Shown here in pieces: positions 1 through 9,030 of a stretch of 64,000 bases of DNA. The notes under the pieces were generated by a model. The model did no database searches. It was not told the DNA's origin and worked only from the letters and a program-made list of their open reading frames with translations. The DNA is from a virus, in the IMG/VR virus record IMGVR_UViG_3300044510_000078. The stretch is one strand, 5' to 3'. Positions within the stretch are counted from its first letter, which is position 1, and each line of letters starts with the position of its first letter. A program made the position numbers and the translations under genes.

Positions 1-65
1 CCCTTTTGGGTAATCTCCGATGTATTTGCTAATTGGATATTTTTTTAACCATAATTAAATTTGTT

Positions 66-338
66 TTAATCTTCCTTTTGGAATTGAAATCTAAATAAAT
101 TAAAAAAATCTACCATCTTAGAATGACATGGCTCAATTTCACTCACCAATTGTGCTGTATAAGTATCCATGTTTTCGTCAGTTACCCATACTTTCCAGAC
201 GTTTTCAGCCGGAACCAAAAGTTTGCAAAATGTTTTCATATTATTTGGAAGTAGCGGTGTCAATTTATTATTTGTCACTAACGATTTCGAGGGTGGTAAA
301 TCCATTAGAAGTATGATAATAGCCAACCGTCTCACCAT
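66..338 (-). CDS. hypothetical protein (true start probably downstream, at MKTFCK)
   Basis: ORF track; co-oriented with neighbours; 5' part overlaps the upstream ORF. Confidence 0.45.
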   Translation of the reverse strand: MVRRLAIIILLMDLPPSKSLVTNNKLTPLLPNNMKTFCKLLVPAENVWKVWVTDENMDTYTAQLVSEIEPCHSKMVDFFNLFRFQFQKED

Positions 339-468
339 CTATTATTAAATTTAAATCCTGCTCACAGACGAGATATATATTTGTAGAATTATAGTCGGCA
401 AATGAGCCAACTTTCCTTACTCTCTGTCCGGCTTTAAGCTCGTTTCCATTTTTATCAACAAATTTCAT
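268..468 (-). CDS. hypothetical phage protein
   Basis: 66-aa ORF with ATG start in the minus-strand gene run. Confidence 0.6.
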   Translation of the reverse strand: MKFVDKNGNELKAGQRVRKVGSFADYNSTNIYLVCEQDLNLIIDGETVGYYHTSNGFTTLEIVSDK

Positions 469-514
469 ACTACAATATCAGGAGTTATTTATTCAAGAGT
501 CAACTCTTTCACTT

Positions 515-868
515 TTACAGTTTATTATCTTTTTTTACTTTCTTGTCAATGATTTTTTGAACTTCTTTTGCCGCTTTATATTGTCCAGCATTTGCCAATA
601 CAATTGGAGCCGCGCAAAACATATATTTATCTTCATTTAAGAAATCGTCTTCCTCACAAACGGCAAGTAAAAGGCCGATACTAGCTTCGCCGTCGCCAGT
701 TATTTCAACCTCTCCCTCGAAAAATTTTTCTACGCCACGGGTAAGGACTTCCATTATTAGGGCGTCTTTATTTGGAAGAAAATCATCTGGATTTATTTCG
801 ACCTTGCCTCGCCAGTTTGCTCCTATAACAAAATAGGCTTTAAATGGAGTTTCGACTAAAGCATCCAT
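515..868 (-). CDS. hypothetical protein
   Basis: 117-aa ORF, tightly packed. Confidence 0.7.
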   Translation of the reverse strand: MDALVETPFKAYFVIGANWRGKVEINPDDFLPNKDALIMEVLTRGVEKFFEGEVEITGDGEASIGLLLAVCEEDDFLNEDKYMFCAAPIVLANAGQYKAAKEVQKIIDKKVKKDNKL

Positions 869-871
869 AAG

Positions 872-1048
872 TTAAATAGAAAAATTATTTACCCTTTCCC
901 ATTCGGAAATTGGTTTTATTTCGGAAGGCCATGCGATGTTTTTCTTTTGACAAAACGGACACGCGATTCCGTAGTGCGCCCCGAAAGTGACGTTGGCTTT
1001 TTTATTTGATATAGTTTTGTGAAATTTAGGTTTTCTACTGTAAGTCAT
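872..1048 (-). CDS. small hypothetical protein with CxxC (MTYSRKPK...CPFC...), below ORF-track cutoff
   Basis: Manual translation: 58 aa that exactly fill the gap between the ligase stop and the next start. Confidence 0.55.
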   Translation of the reverse strand: MTYSRKPKFHKTISNKKANVTFGAHYGIACPFCQKKNIAWPSEIKPISEWERVNNFSI

Positions 1049-1050
1049 AA

Positions 1051-2175
1051 TTATCTGTCTCCTTTATTGTAATTGTTACAATCAAATTTAGCGTAATTGG
1101 GGATTCCGTAACCAGTGAACCCATTGTAATACAAAGTTACGACTTTGCCAATGTAATTCTTTTTGTTTTTGAGAACTTCTGTAAATTGTTCAAATGAACC
1201 TTTCAAATCGGCGGCGAAAGTCCTACCGTCTTTCATCTTACAAATTAAACGACCCGCCCGACCAGTCCTGTTACCCTCTCCTTCTTCGATGTCAGCTATT
1301 TCAAATTCGTCGTCATCTGTTGGTTTTAGTTTTAGGAGATTTTTAGAACGCTTGTTTTCATAGGCGTCGTTGGTGCGAATAATCGCGCCTTCATATCCAT
1401 CCTTCAAAAACGAATCATAAATTTCAAATAATTCATTCTTATCTTTGGCTGTTTCGTGTTCTACTAATGTGATATATTTTACTCCTTTAAGGATTTTCCT
1501 AAGAGCCTTACGCCTTTCTAAGAATGGCGTTTCTTGAGTAATCCCTTCAAAACCATATCCATCATAAACGTAGTATTTAACCTTTTGTTCGCTTTCGGCC
1601 AAAGATTCGGCAGTTATATGAACTGTGTCACGAACCAGTCTAATAATTTCGTTTAGCTTGTAACGATATTCGTGATTGTAGAGTTCTCCATCAATTACAA
1701 GAGACGGATATTTCTCAAATAAGTGCTTTAATGAATTAAAAACGTGCGGAGCCGAAACAATAGCTTCGCCCTTCCTCGTAAAAGCTCCCTTTGAATGAGT
1801 AACCTGCCTCATTCCATTATATTTACGGTCAACCGAAAGTGGGTAATTAACATCATTCTCATAGTCAAAAAACTTCTTGGCGAGCATTGGTTGGATATAT
1901 TTTGTTCCACCTAGCTTATTTTTAGACTTGTAGTATTTGAGCTTGAGTTGTTTTTTGTATTTGGCGTTGATTTCCAGCGTGGCTTGTTCTTCTGGAGAGG
2001 TTTCGTTTATCTTTCCAAGATTCTTACCTTCACATTCAGTCCAAGCTAAAGTTATTTTTTTTCCATCGTCCTGTCCGCTAATCGTCCTGTATTTATTTCC
2101 AGCTTGTTCGAGTCGCCAAGTTTGGATTGCGCCAGTAGAAGTTAAAGAATAAAGAATGGGGTATGTTTTCTGCAT
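1051..2175 (-). CDS. ATP-dependent DNA ligase (phage type)
   Basis: Motif I DRKYNGMR, VIDGELY, YYVYD, EGAIIR, RSKNLLKLK and C-terminal OB fold. Confidence 0.92.
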   Translation of the reverse strand: MQKTYPILYSLTSTGAIQTWRLEQAGNKYRTISGQDDGKKITLAWTECEGKNLGKINETSPEEQATLEINAKYKKQLKLKYYKSKNKLGGTKYIQPMLAKKFFDYENDVNYPLSVDRKYNGMRQVTHSKGAFTRKGEAIVSAPHVFNSLKHLFEKYPSLVIDGELYNHEYRYKLNEIIRLVRDTVHITAESLAESEQKVKYYVYDGYGFEGITQETPFLERRKALRKILKGVKYITLVEHETAKDKNELFEIYDSFLKDGYEGAIIRTNDAYENKRSKNLLKLKPTDDDEFEIADIEEGEGNRTGRAGRLICKMKDGRTFAADLKGSFEQFTEVLKNKKNYIGKVVTLYYNGFTGYGIPNYAKFDCNNYNKGDR

Positions 2176-2180
2176 ACTAA

Positions 2181-2480
2181 TTAATCTAAAAATTTGTAAG
2201 TTGTATTTACGTTATTCTCTTTTACTGTAAAAGTTTTAGTTTTCTTATCTAAGACCACTTTTTCTATATCTTTAAATGTTACTAGAAAAGCGAATTCTTC
2301 ACCGCAAACCTCGACTTCTTTTGAGTTTCGGGAGAAAAGATTACAAATTTCCCTATTTTCTACCAAAGCCGCTGGTTTGGTCACAATCATTTTTTTAAAG
2401 AGTTGTAAGTTGTTCATACTTATATTCCTTGTTTGATGTCTAGTATTTGTTGTAGAGAACAGTCTGGATGTGCCTTGCAC
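2181..2480 (-). CDS. hypothetical protein (likely start MNNLQL)
   Basis: ORF track; overlap suggests a later ATG. Confidence 0.5.
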   Translation of the reverse strand: MQGTSRLFSTTNTRHQTRNISMNNLQLFKKMIVTKPAALVENREICNLFSRNSKEVEVCGEEFAFLVTFKDIEKVVLDKKTKTFTVKENNVNTTYKFLD

Positions 2481-2890
2481 AAATATAAGAATTCATTTAT
2501 ATCTGAGGGTATATGTCCCCTTTCTACGTTTCTATCGTAAAAGTGAGGCAATCTTGAATTATGCACTAAATTCATTTTGACTTTATCAATGTCCCCATCA
2601 AATTCAGTTCTAAGAACTGCCCAAGCTATTGTTGGCGACCTGTTTATGCCTGCGAAACAATGAAAATAAAACGGTGAAGAGTTATTTTTAAAATTCTGGT
2701 AAATATGCCAAGCAAAATAAAAAGGCCCATAGCCCCATTGGGAATTTTCTACTATCGGATACCAAAAGTAATTAGTAGAAAGTCTTAAATCTTTCTTATT
2801 TGGAGGACTATCATTAAAACTTAGCACGGCACAGAAATTTTCTCGCTTAAAAAGCGGAGACGCAGATGGAATCGGGCCGACAGTTATCAT
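2420..2890 (-). CDS. dual-specificity/tyrosine phosphatase-like protein
   Basis: P-loop signature HCFAGINRS (CX5R-S). Confidence 0.75.
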   Translation of the reverse strand: MITVGPIPSASPLFKRENFCAVLSFNDSPPNKKDLRLSTNYFWYPIVENSQWGYGPFYFAWHIYQNFKNNSSPFYFHCFAGINRSPTIAWAVLRTEFDGDIDKVKMNLVHNSRLPHFYDRNVERGHIPSDINEFLYLCKAHPDCSLQQILDIKQGI

Positions 2891-2891
2891 G

Positions 2892-3269
2892 TTACGATTT
2901 CCTCCAATAACGGAAACTGTCTTCGTCTCTATGAAACGTGCTGAACTCTATAATTTGAGAGTCTTCTAGCGCAAGAACTTCATGCGGAAGTAATCTATCT
3001 ATTTTAAGGATTTCTCCTTGACTTAGGACTTTTTCGTGAAGTGATGCGTCACGGGTGTCAATTAGCCATACTTTTATTTTTCCTCTAGCAACCAAGAAGG
3101 TTTCGCGCTTTTGGTCGTGCGAGTGCATAGAAAATCTAGCACCAGCATTAAAATTTAATAATTTTCCACAATAGTTATTTTTCTCATCATTGACGATAAT
3201 TTCTTCGTGTCCCCATGTTTTTTCTATACGTTGGCTTTTAAGAAGTTTATCGGCAAAAAAATCGCTCAT
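2892..3269 (-). CDS. cupin-domain protein (sugar isomerase-like)
   Basis: KTWGHE, FSMHSHDQKRETF and LPHEV cupin metal-binding motifs. Confidence 0.8.
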   Translation of the reverse strand: MSDFFADKLLKSQRIEKTWGHEEIIVNDEKNNYCGKLLNFNAGARFSMHSHDQKRETFLVARGKIKVWLIDTRDASLHEKVLSQGEILKIDRLLPHEVLALEDSQIIEFSTFHRDEDSFRYWRKS

Positions 3270-3270
3270 A

Positions 3271-3582
3271 TTATTTATTATTAATAGCGTTACGCCTGAC
3301 GAGTTCGGCCCGAATGTTTTTTAAGAAAAGCGGTAATTCTTTTGCGGCTCTTTTGGCGATGTGTTGGAGTTGAAAAATGCTCTTTGTCTGTAAGTTAATT
3401 TGTTTGTATTTTTTAACAAGCTGAATAAAGAATTGAGATACGGCAAAATCCTTAGCCAATTGCTCTGGAGATTTTACGGGCGTTTGTCCGGCCACCGCTT
3501 TTGTTGAATTGTCTGGTGAGACATCGTTAAAGTCGTTTGGGTCGTTAGTTAAAGTTGGATTATTTGCGTTTGATGGTTCCAT
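3271..3582 (-). CDS. hypothetical protein
   Basis: 103-aa ORF. Confidence 0.6.
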   Translation of the reverse strand: MEPSNANNPTLTNDPNDFNDVSPDNSTKAVAGQTPVKSPEQLAKDFAVSQFFIQLVKKYKQINLQTKSIFQLQHIAKRAAKELPLFLKNIRAELVRRNAINNK

Positions 3583-3817
3583 ATTTGTTTTTGTTTAAAT
3601 TCCAGTCGTTGTAAAGTTGTTCGTCCGTTTGGTTAATTTTTAATTCAAAACAGGTCGGACGTTTATGTTCTTTTTCATTCCATAGCACTCGCAAGTATTG
3701 TTTCCCGCCATCAATAGAAACCGCTCTGCAAGAACAAGAATGATAATCATGTTGGGCGCGACTAAATATCGTATCCCCGCATTTTTCACAGGTAATTGCT
3801 AATACTTTATTTTTCAT
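3560..3817 (-). CDS. zinc-binding phage protein
   Basis: CEKCGD...HDYHSCSC..VSIDGG pattern, common in phage genomes. Confidence 0.7.
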   Translation of the reverse strand: MKNKVLAITCEKCGDTIFSRAQHDYHSCSCRAVSIDGGKQYLRVLWNEKEHKRPTCFELKINQTDEQLYNDWNLNKNKYGTIKRK

Positions 3818-3828
3818 TTTTTATTCGG

Positions 3829-4032
3829 CTAGTCTTCGTTTGGAAGGCTCATTACGTCGTAAAATGCCATGTCTCTTTCTATAATTTCGATATAAGACTC
3901 TAAAGCGACCACGGCACATTCCAATTCATTTAATGCTTCTTCTTCGTTATTTTCGTCATAGAATTTATACCGCAAAGAGTCAATTAACTTTATCAAACGA
4001 TTGACTTCGGTTTGATTATCGGACAAATTCAT
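3829..4032 (-). CDS. hypothetical protein
   Basis: 67-aa ORF. Confidence 0.6.
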   Translation of the reverse strand: MNLSDNQTEVNRLIKLIDSLRYKFYDENNEEEALNELECAVVALESYIEIIERDMAFYDVMSLPNED

Positions 4033-4055
4033 AAGACATTCTAGCGCGAATTTAT

Positions 4056-4520
4056 TTACTTGTCAAGGCTAGGCGGGTCGGAACGCCCCTTATCAGAAGG
4101 GAAAAAACGGCAAGCATATTCTTTTCCATTGTCTAAGAGCGTCACAGAAATCTCTTTATTATCTGAGCAATATAGGGCCACTTGATATAAACATTCGTGA
4201 CATACGCAATCAGATTTTACTGTCTCTTTTGGCGTTTGGCACAAAAACCTAAAATATAGTAATTTCTTGACATTTTTTAAGATTTCGTAATGCTCCTTTG
4301 TATAGTCCATGTTACAGAATTCGCATTTTATTAGTGAATTTTTCTTTTTTAATTCAGAGGGGTGAATTACTTCTGCGACGGCTGTTATCCATTCATATTT
4401 GTCCATATATTTACCTTGAATTTCAAATTTTAGTTCTGTGTAGTTCTGAGAATTATAGACCATTGAAGCAAAACATTTGGCAATATATTGAGCTAGAGCG
4501 GGGTCTTGTTTTATTTTCAA
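4056..4520 (-). CDS. hypothetical protein with CxxC motifs
   Basis: 154-aa ORF; CEFC and CHEC. Confidence 0.6.
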   Translation of the reverse strand: MKIKQDPALAQYIAKCFASMVYNSQNYTELKFEIQGKYMDKYEWITAVAEVIHPSELKKKNSLIKCEFCNMDYTKEHYEILKNVKKLLYFRFLCQTPKETVKSDCVCHECLYQVALYCSDNKEISVTLLDNGKEYACRFFPSDKGRSDPPSLDK

Positions 4521-4625
4521 TTCTAAGCCAGTTCATCCATGCTTAGGGCTTGAATAATAGCAATGCCATCGTAAGTTTGAATTTCTTTTTCCCAAGCCCA
4601 TTTGGTAAGACTTCTAACTAGAGAC

Positions 4626-5738
4626 TTAAACAGTTTCATAAAGATTTATTAAATTATGATATAATTCATTTATTTGAGTATAGTTCACTGAACGTGGAAG
4701 TTTTGTTGATTCGTAAGCTTTTTTAGCGACACGCTCCAAACTGATAAATTCATCCATCAATTTTTCATAAGACCATTCTCCGTTTTTAACAGATAAAAGC
4801 TCCTTAGCGTCTGGACGTTTTACTAAAAGTTTTCCAGTTGATAATATTTCAAGACCCATTCTACTCAATCTCAGAAGATGGCAACCATGCTTGGTGTCGT
4901 AACCATGTTTAGAATCTACAATAGCCCGTTCTGGATTTCTGTTTTTCTTCCAGTTTAAAAACGATTTCCACTGTTCAGAATCTATTTTGTATTGCTTTTC
5001 TCGTTTGATTAGAGAAACAATATCTTCATTGAGATTTAGTTCTTTTGAAAGTTTATTTAGGGCAATAAAATAGTATTTATGATGCCAATTATCAAAGCCA
5101 ACATCGGTTTCCTTGAAAGATTTTATCAAATCCCATATTTTTTCTTTTAAGTCGTTTTTAGCAAGCTCATCAAGGGGCAATGTAGAAAAATCCCAAAAAT
5201 TGATTTGAGACTGTATTGCTCTATCAATTTCGTCTATATTTTTATTCTTAACGTCTGTAAGGCCGTAATCTTTTCTTAAAGGTTCTGAAATGTCTTTTTG
5301 AAGCCATTTGCGGTGGCGTTCAATTTTTGCCGCTTGGCTGTAAGCGTATCCAAAAAAAGTAAAATAAGCCCTAGAAGATAAAAACAAATCTCTATGTTCT
5401 ACCAACACTCTTCCAATTTTAGATAATACAAGAAAATCATCTACGAATAAAAGTTCAATGACGTTTGGATTTACAGCCGCCGCCAATTGCATGAACTTTT
5501 CCAAAGAAAAAATGGTAGATTCTAACTTTGGATTATTTGGATTTTTAAGATGAGACAGGGCTGATTCGATTGATTTTTCATTTTCGGCCTGATAAAACTT
5601 ATGAAAAAGGTCATTTCGTATATTTTGTGGCGGGATTACGACGCCACCTACGTCCGTATCAGACGTTTGTGTATCTAGCCCATAAGCCCTCGACCCCTTC
5701 AATGTAAGCAAAATTGTATTTCCTAAAACCCAATCCAT
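4626..5738 (-). CDS. Pol-beta-superfamily nucleotidyltransferase (RlaP/YcgL-like)
   Basis: GSRAYG...SDTD NTase motif, NPNVIELLF, YDTKHGCHLLRL. Confidence 0.85.
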   Translation of the reverse strand: MDWVLGNTILLTLKGSRAYGLDTQTSDTDVGGVVIPPQNIRNDLFHKFYQAENEKSIESALSHLKNPNNPKLESTIFSLEKFMQLAAAVNPNVIELLFVDDFLVLSKIGRVLVEHRDLFLSSRAYFTFFGYAYSQAAKIERHRKWLQKDISEPLRKDYGLTDVKNKNIDEIDRAIQSQINFWDFSTLPLDELAKNDLKEKIWDLIKSFKETDVGFDNWHHKYYFIALNKLSKELNLNEDIVSLIKREKQYKIDSEQWKSFLNWKKNRNPERAIVDSKHGYDTKHGCHLLRLSRMGLEILSTGKLLVKRPDAKELLSVKNGEWSYEKLMDEFISLERVAKKAYESTKLPRSVNYTQINELYHNLINLYETV

Positions 5739-5744
5739 GACTAA

Positions 5745-5773
5745 ATTTTACCAAAACAGCCCAATTTTGTCAA
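5745..5773 (-). promoter_or_regulatory. sigma70-type promoter (leaderless start)
   Basis: TTGACA-17-TAAAAT, 6 nt before ATG at 5738. Confidence 0.75.
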
Positions 5774-5786
5774 GCGCAAAAGTCAC

Positions 5787-6761
5787 CTACCCAACTCCGT
5801 AATTGTAGTAATGATACTTGACCCCATTAAAAGCGTTTAAATTATTCCCGCCCGCATAACTTATACTCGACTGTAGGGTTTGTTTTATTTCTTCCATTCT
5901 ATCTAAATAACTACAAGAGGACTGCATTTCTACGAGGCGTCCTTCTATGTGTTTGTTATGTTTTTTAGCTTGTATTGAAGTAGAGCCGAAGTATTGTTTT
6001 TGACCATTGAGTATTTCGGCAGGGGAATCAATACAGGAGGCGAAAAACGCTCCACTCATTACCATTTTTGCACCCAAAACCAGCGCTTTTGCAACATCAC
6101 CAAAGTATTTGCAGCCCCCGTCCGCAATTATCGGCACATTAGAAGGAACCGCTGCCAATTTACAATCAGCGACGCAATAGCCCATTGGGACATGGAAGCC
6201 GGTTTGTAATTTTGTCGTGCAAATTGAGCCGCCACCTATTCCAACTTTTATGGCATCTGCGCCCCATTTTATTAGTTCTGTCGTGGCCAAATGGTCGGCG
6301 ACGTTACCGGCGATTATTTTCGCACTCGGGAAATTTATCTTCAAATAAGCTATTTTCTCCTTGACTTTTGAGTGAAACCCGTGGGCGACATCTATACAAA
6401 TCGCGTCAACGCGCCAATTATTCGACTTGATTATTTCCAAATCGTTCCGCGAATCTGAATTAACTCCTGTGCTTATGCTGATTAGGGGCCAATTTTCTTC
6501 GTTTGCGAGTCTCGCTAAATTAACGGTTATGGATTCACCAGATTCAGCGAACCCAAATCTGTGCATGATATAAAAATATCCATTATTTGCCAATAGTCTG
6601 CAAATTTTAGAATTTATAACAGACTGCATATTTGCAGGAATGACAGGCAACTTATAAAGGCGTCCCAAAAAATTCACAGACGGGTCGGCATTTCCCCTTG
6701 AACCCAAATCCGAAAATCGGGGAATTAAATGAACGTCATCATAAGTGAAGGAATTATACAT
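5787..6761 (-). CDS. guaC: GMP reductase
   Basis: FTYDDVHLIP, IDVAHG, IAGNV, KVGIGGGSICTT, IIADGG, YFGSTS..KK..HIEG. Confidence 0.92.
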   Translation of the reverse strand: MYNSFTYDDVHLIPRFSDLGSRGNADPSVNFLGRLYKLPVIPANMQSVINSKICRLLANNGYFYIMHRFGFAESGESITVNLARLANEENWPLISISTGVNSDSRNDLEIIKSNNWRVDAICIDVAHGFHSKVKEKIAYLKINFPSAKIIAGNVADHLATTELIKWGADAIKVGIGGGSICTTKLQTGFHVPMGYCVADCKLAAVPSNVPIIADGGCKYFGDVAKALVLGAKMVMSGAFFASCIDSPAEILNGQKQYFGSTSIQAKKHNKHIEGRLVEMQSSCSYLDRMEEIKQTLQSSISYAGGNNLNAFNGVKYHYYNYGVG

Positions 6762-6781
6762 TTGATTTTTCTTTTAATTGT

Positions 6782-6964
6782 TTATGTAGAGATTGTATTT
6801 CTTTGCTCATTCGATACTCTCCCGATTGCTCTTAGACAATCGTTTTCTTTTTGAAGTTCATCGAGTTTACCGTTAATGGCGTCGTTTTGAATTTCGGAAA
6901 TTAAAACCTCCCACGGTTCTTTGCTATTTTGAACACGAACCGACCATTGCTCTGCTGTTTTCAT
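6782..6964 (-). CDS. hypothetical protein
   Basis: 60-aa ORF with stop/start overlap. Confidence 0.5.
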   Translation of the reverse strand: MKTAEQWSVRVQNSKEPWEVLISEIQNDAINGKLDELQKENDCLRAIGRVSNEQRNTIST

Positions 6965-7230
6965 TTAATAACTTCTCCTAACTCGCGCAGTCTTCTTTTA
7001 AAAAGAGATTTAAATTTAGATTTTGTTTTTACTAATTCAAGAGGCCCAAATACTTCTTGCCAAATGTCTTGTAAAGCGTCCACTGCTTCGCAAGACATCT
7101 TGCAATTCAGTTTTACTGGAAGACAGGCGTAATCTGGATAATCGGGAACAAAATTTTCATCAAAATAAAAATAAAAATCACGATGCTCCCAATAGAAATC
7201 TGTTATTTCGTTGAAGGTTTTTAAGTCCAT
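6961..7230 (-). CDS. hypothetical protein
   Basis: 89-aa ORF. Confidence 0.6.
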   Translation of the reverse strand: MDLKTFNEITDFYWEHRDFYFYFDENFVPDYPDYACLPVKLNCKMSCEAVDALQDIWQEVFGPLELVKTKSKFKSLFKRRLRELGEVIK

Positions 7231-7383
7231 GTTATGCTAAGATAGATTTTTCTGAAAATATTTTTTCAGTCACAATTTGATTAAGGCAAAGGTCACATAA
7301 ATCTACAATTTTTATGAATGTAATTGTGTCTGGTTTTTCCACCGGCTCATTAGAGCATATCAAATGTTTATTTCAAAGTCAAT

Positions 7384-7959
7384 CTATTTTTCTTGAAAAT
7401 AGCTTGGTTTTAAATCATAAAATATCCACTCTTGACTTTGGCTTTCGCTACCAGAGCCTTTGGAGCTTTTATTGTCTTTCTCTTTCTGTCTATTATTAAA
7501 GCCTTTAACTAGCGTGCCGCGAACTATTTGACCCCGCTGCGTCCTACGAATGACGCTTCTTTCGCCATCTTTGGATAATTCTTCGTGCAATTTTCGACTG
7601 TAAGGCAATGAAAAAAGACGGAGTTCGCTTTCTTTGACGTTATAGCCAAATATTTTCAACGTAGGCTCTTGATATTTTAGTGTTGGCTGCTCAATAAGAA
7701 AATAAATTAAACCGGCGTCTTTTGAGGTTGGGTTCGGTTCTTTAATAACGACAGACCTTATGCTTAAAATTTCAGGCAAATACTTACTAGACGCTCCCCA
7801 TCCTAAATAAGTGGGAATCGCCTGCGCCAAAATAATCGTAAATGCAAAGAAACTAACAATAAGGGCCGTTTTTATTTGCCACTTAACTTTTGAAGAAGAT
7901 AAAATCCAAAAACTAAGAACAAAAAGACAAAGAAGAAGAACGGATAAAGAAATACTCAT
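7384..7959 (-). CDS. membrane protein (two N-terminal TM helices plus soluble domain), third gene of motor-like module
   Basis: Hydrophobic N-terminus; 25 nt downstream of the ExbD-like gene. Confidence 0.75.
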   Translation of the reverse strand: MSISLSVLLLCLFVLSFWILSSSKVKWQIKTALIVSFFAFTIILAQAIPTYLGWGASSKYLPEILSIRSVVIKEPNPTSKDAGLIYFLIEQPTLKYQEPTLKIFGYNVKESELRLFSLPYSRKLHEELSKDGERSVIRRTQRGQIVRGTLVKGFNNRQKEKDNKSSKGSGSESQSQEWIFYDLKPSYFQEK

Positions 7960-7984
7960 ATTGTGCGCTTTTTATTTTTTATGT

Positions 7985-8569
7985 TTATCTCGAACCGTTT
8001 TGAGCAATCAGTTCTTGCATTGTGTTAATGTTCACAGCTTTCCCATCTTTGTCAAGACTAAAGCGAAAAAACGTAATTTCATCCCCGACAGTAATGAAGG
8101 TATTTGTTTTACATACAACTTCTAGGAATGGTTTTATTTTTATCAGTTTAACTGAAACTGGCGTCGGAGAGGCGTCGTCTTTTCTGTAACAATGAACATT
8201 AACAACATATTCCCCCACGGTTGAGCCTCTAAGGGTTATAATTTCTTGATTTACTTCCAAAGTCGCTCCTTGCTGGTTTTGCGACCGACCTAAATTGTCG
8301 TGGGCAAGGCTCATAAGAGAGCCTTCGCCACCCTCTCTTCTGTTGAACCCAACTATATGCCCATAAGAATCCTTAGTCCATAAATCCATATCGTCATTTG
8401 ACTTAGCTGGCCATTCCATAATAATAGAATAAACAGCTTGATATTTTAGCGCGGCTTCTGATTCATTCGGTTTATGGTTGACAACTAAGATAACGGCCAA
8501 ACAACACAACAACAATGAAAACAAAACGTCCAAAAATGGAGTGACGGATTGATGTCCCTTATATTGCAT
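7985..8569 (-). CDS. ExbD/TolR/MotB-like single-pass membrane protein with YfaP/DUF2135-like soluble domain
   Basis: TM motif SVTPFLDVLFSLLL with the conserved Asp; DDMDLW...EIITL..GEYVVNVHCY; start reassigned to ATG 8569, just after the upstream stop. Confidence 0.7.
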   Translation of the reverse strand: MQYKGHQSVTPFLDVLFSLLLCCLAVILVVNHKPNESEAALKYQAVYSIIMEWPAKSNDDMDLWTKDSYGHIVGFNRREGGEGSLMSLAHDNLGRSQNQQGATLEVNQEIITLRGSTVGEYVVNVHCYRKDDASPTPVSVKLIKIKPFLEVVCKTNTFITVGDEITFFRFSLDKDGKAVNINTMQELIAQNGSR

Positions 8570-8570
8570 A

Positions 8571-9029
8571 TTATCCTTCCAGAGCTTGTTCGGCGACAAA
8601 CATTTGTAATCTAAGAATAAAATTCGCCACCATTCCGACAAGAGTAGGGATGAAGGCAGTGCTTAATCCGTTTTTAATTGCACCAATCAAAGAAGAAACA
8701 TCATTGCCCATTCCCAAGAACATTAAAACAAGCCCAATAATCGTCGAAAGAAGCCCCAAATCAAAACACGACTCTGCGGCATATCTTACCCTTGCTATTC
8801 TATTTAAAATTTCTAATTTATTGAAGTTAGGTTTATCTTTGTTCCAATCTATATCTTGACAGACTTTGCCCATGTAAATTGTCGAGATAACAGCTAAAAC
8901 AAAAATTGCCAACCCTAAATATGAACTGTCATATTTAATAAGTCCAGTAAATCCTCCCGCCATAAAAGTAAAAGAGCATCCAGTCATTGTTGCCGCGAAA
9001 ATTATTAACCATCTTGTATATGTCGTCAT
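8571..9029 (-). CDS. MotA/TolQ/ExbB proton-channel family protein
   Basis: LGLLSTIIGLVLMF and GLSTAFIPTLVGMVAN TM motifs; start reassigned to ATG 9029. Confidence 0.8.
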   Translation of the reverse strand: MTTYTRWLIIFAATMTGCSFTFMAGGFTGLIKYDSSYLGLAIFVLAVISTIYMGKVCQDIDWNKDKPNFNKLEILNRIARVRYAAESCFDLGLLSTIIGLVLMFLGMGNDVSSLIGAIKNGLSTAFIPTLVGMVANFILRLQMFVAEQALEG

Positions 9030-9030
9030 A

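Noticed and set aside
1051-2175. KYNG instead of KxDG in ligase motif I suggesting an inactive or RNA ligase
   Set aside because: All other DNA-ligase motifs and the OB domain are intact; treated as a natural variant.
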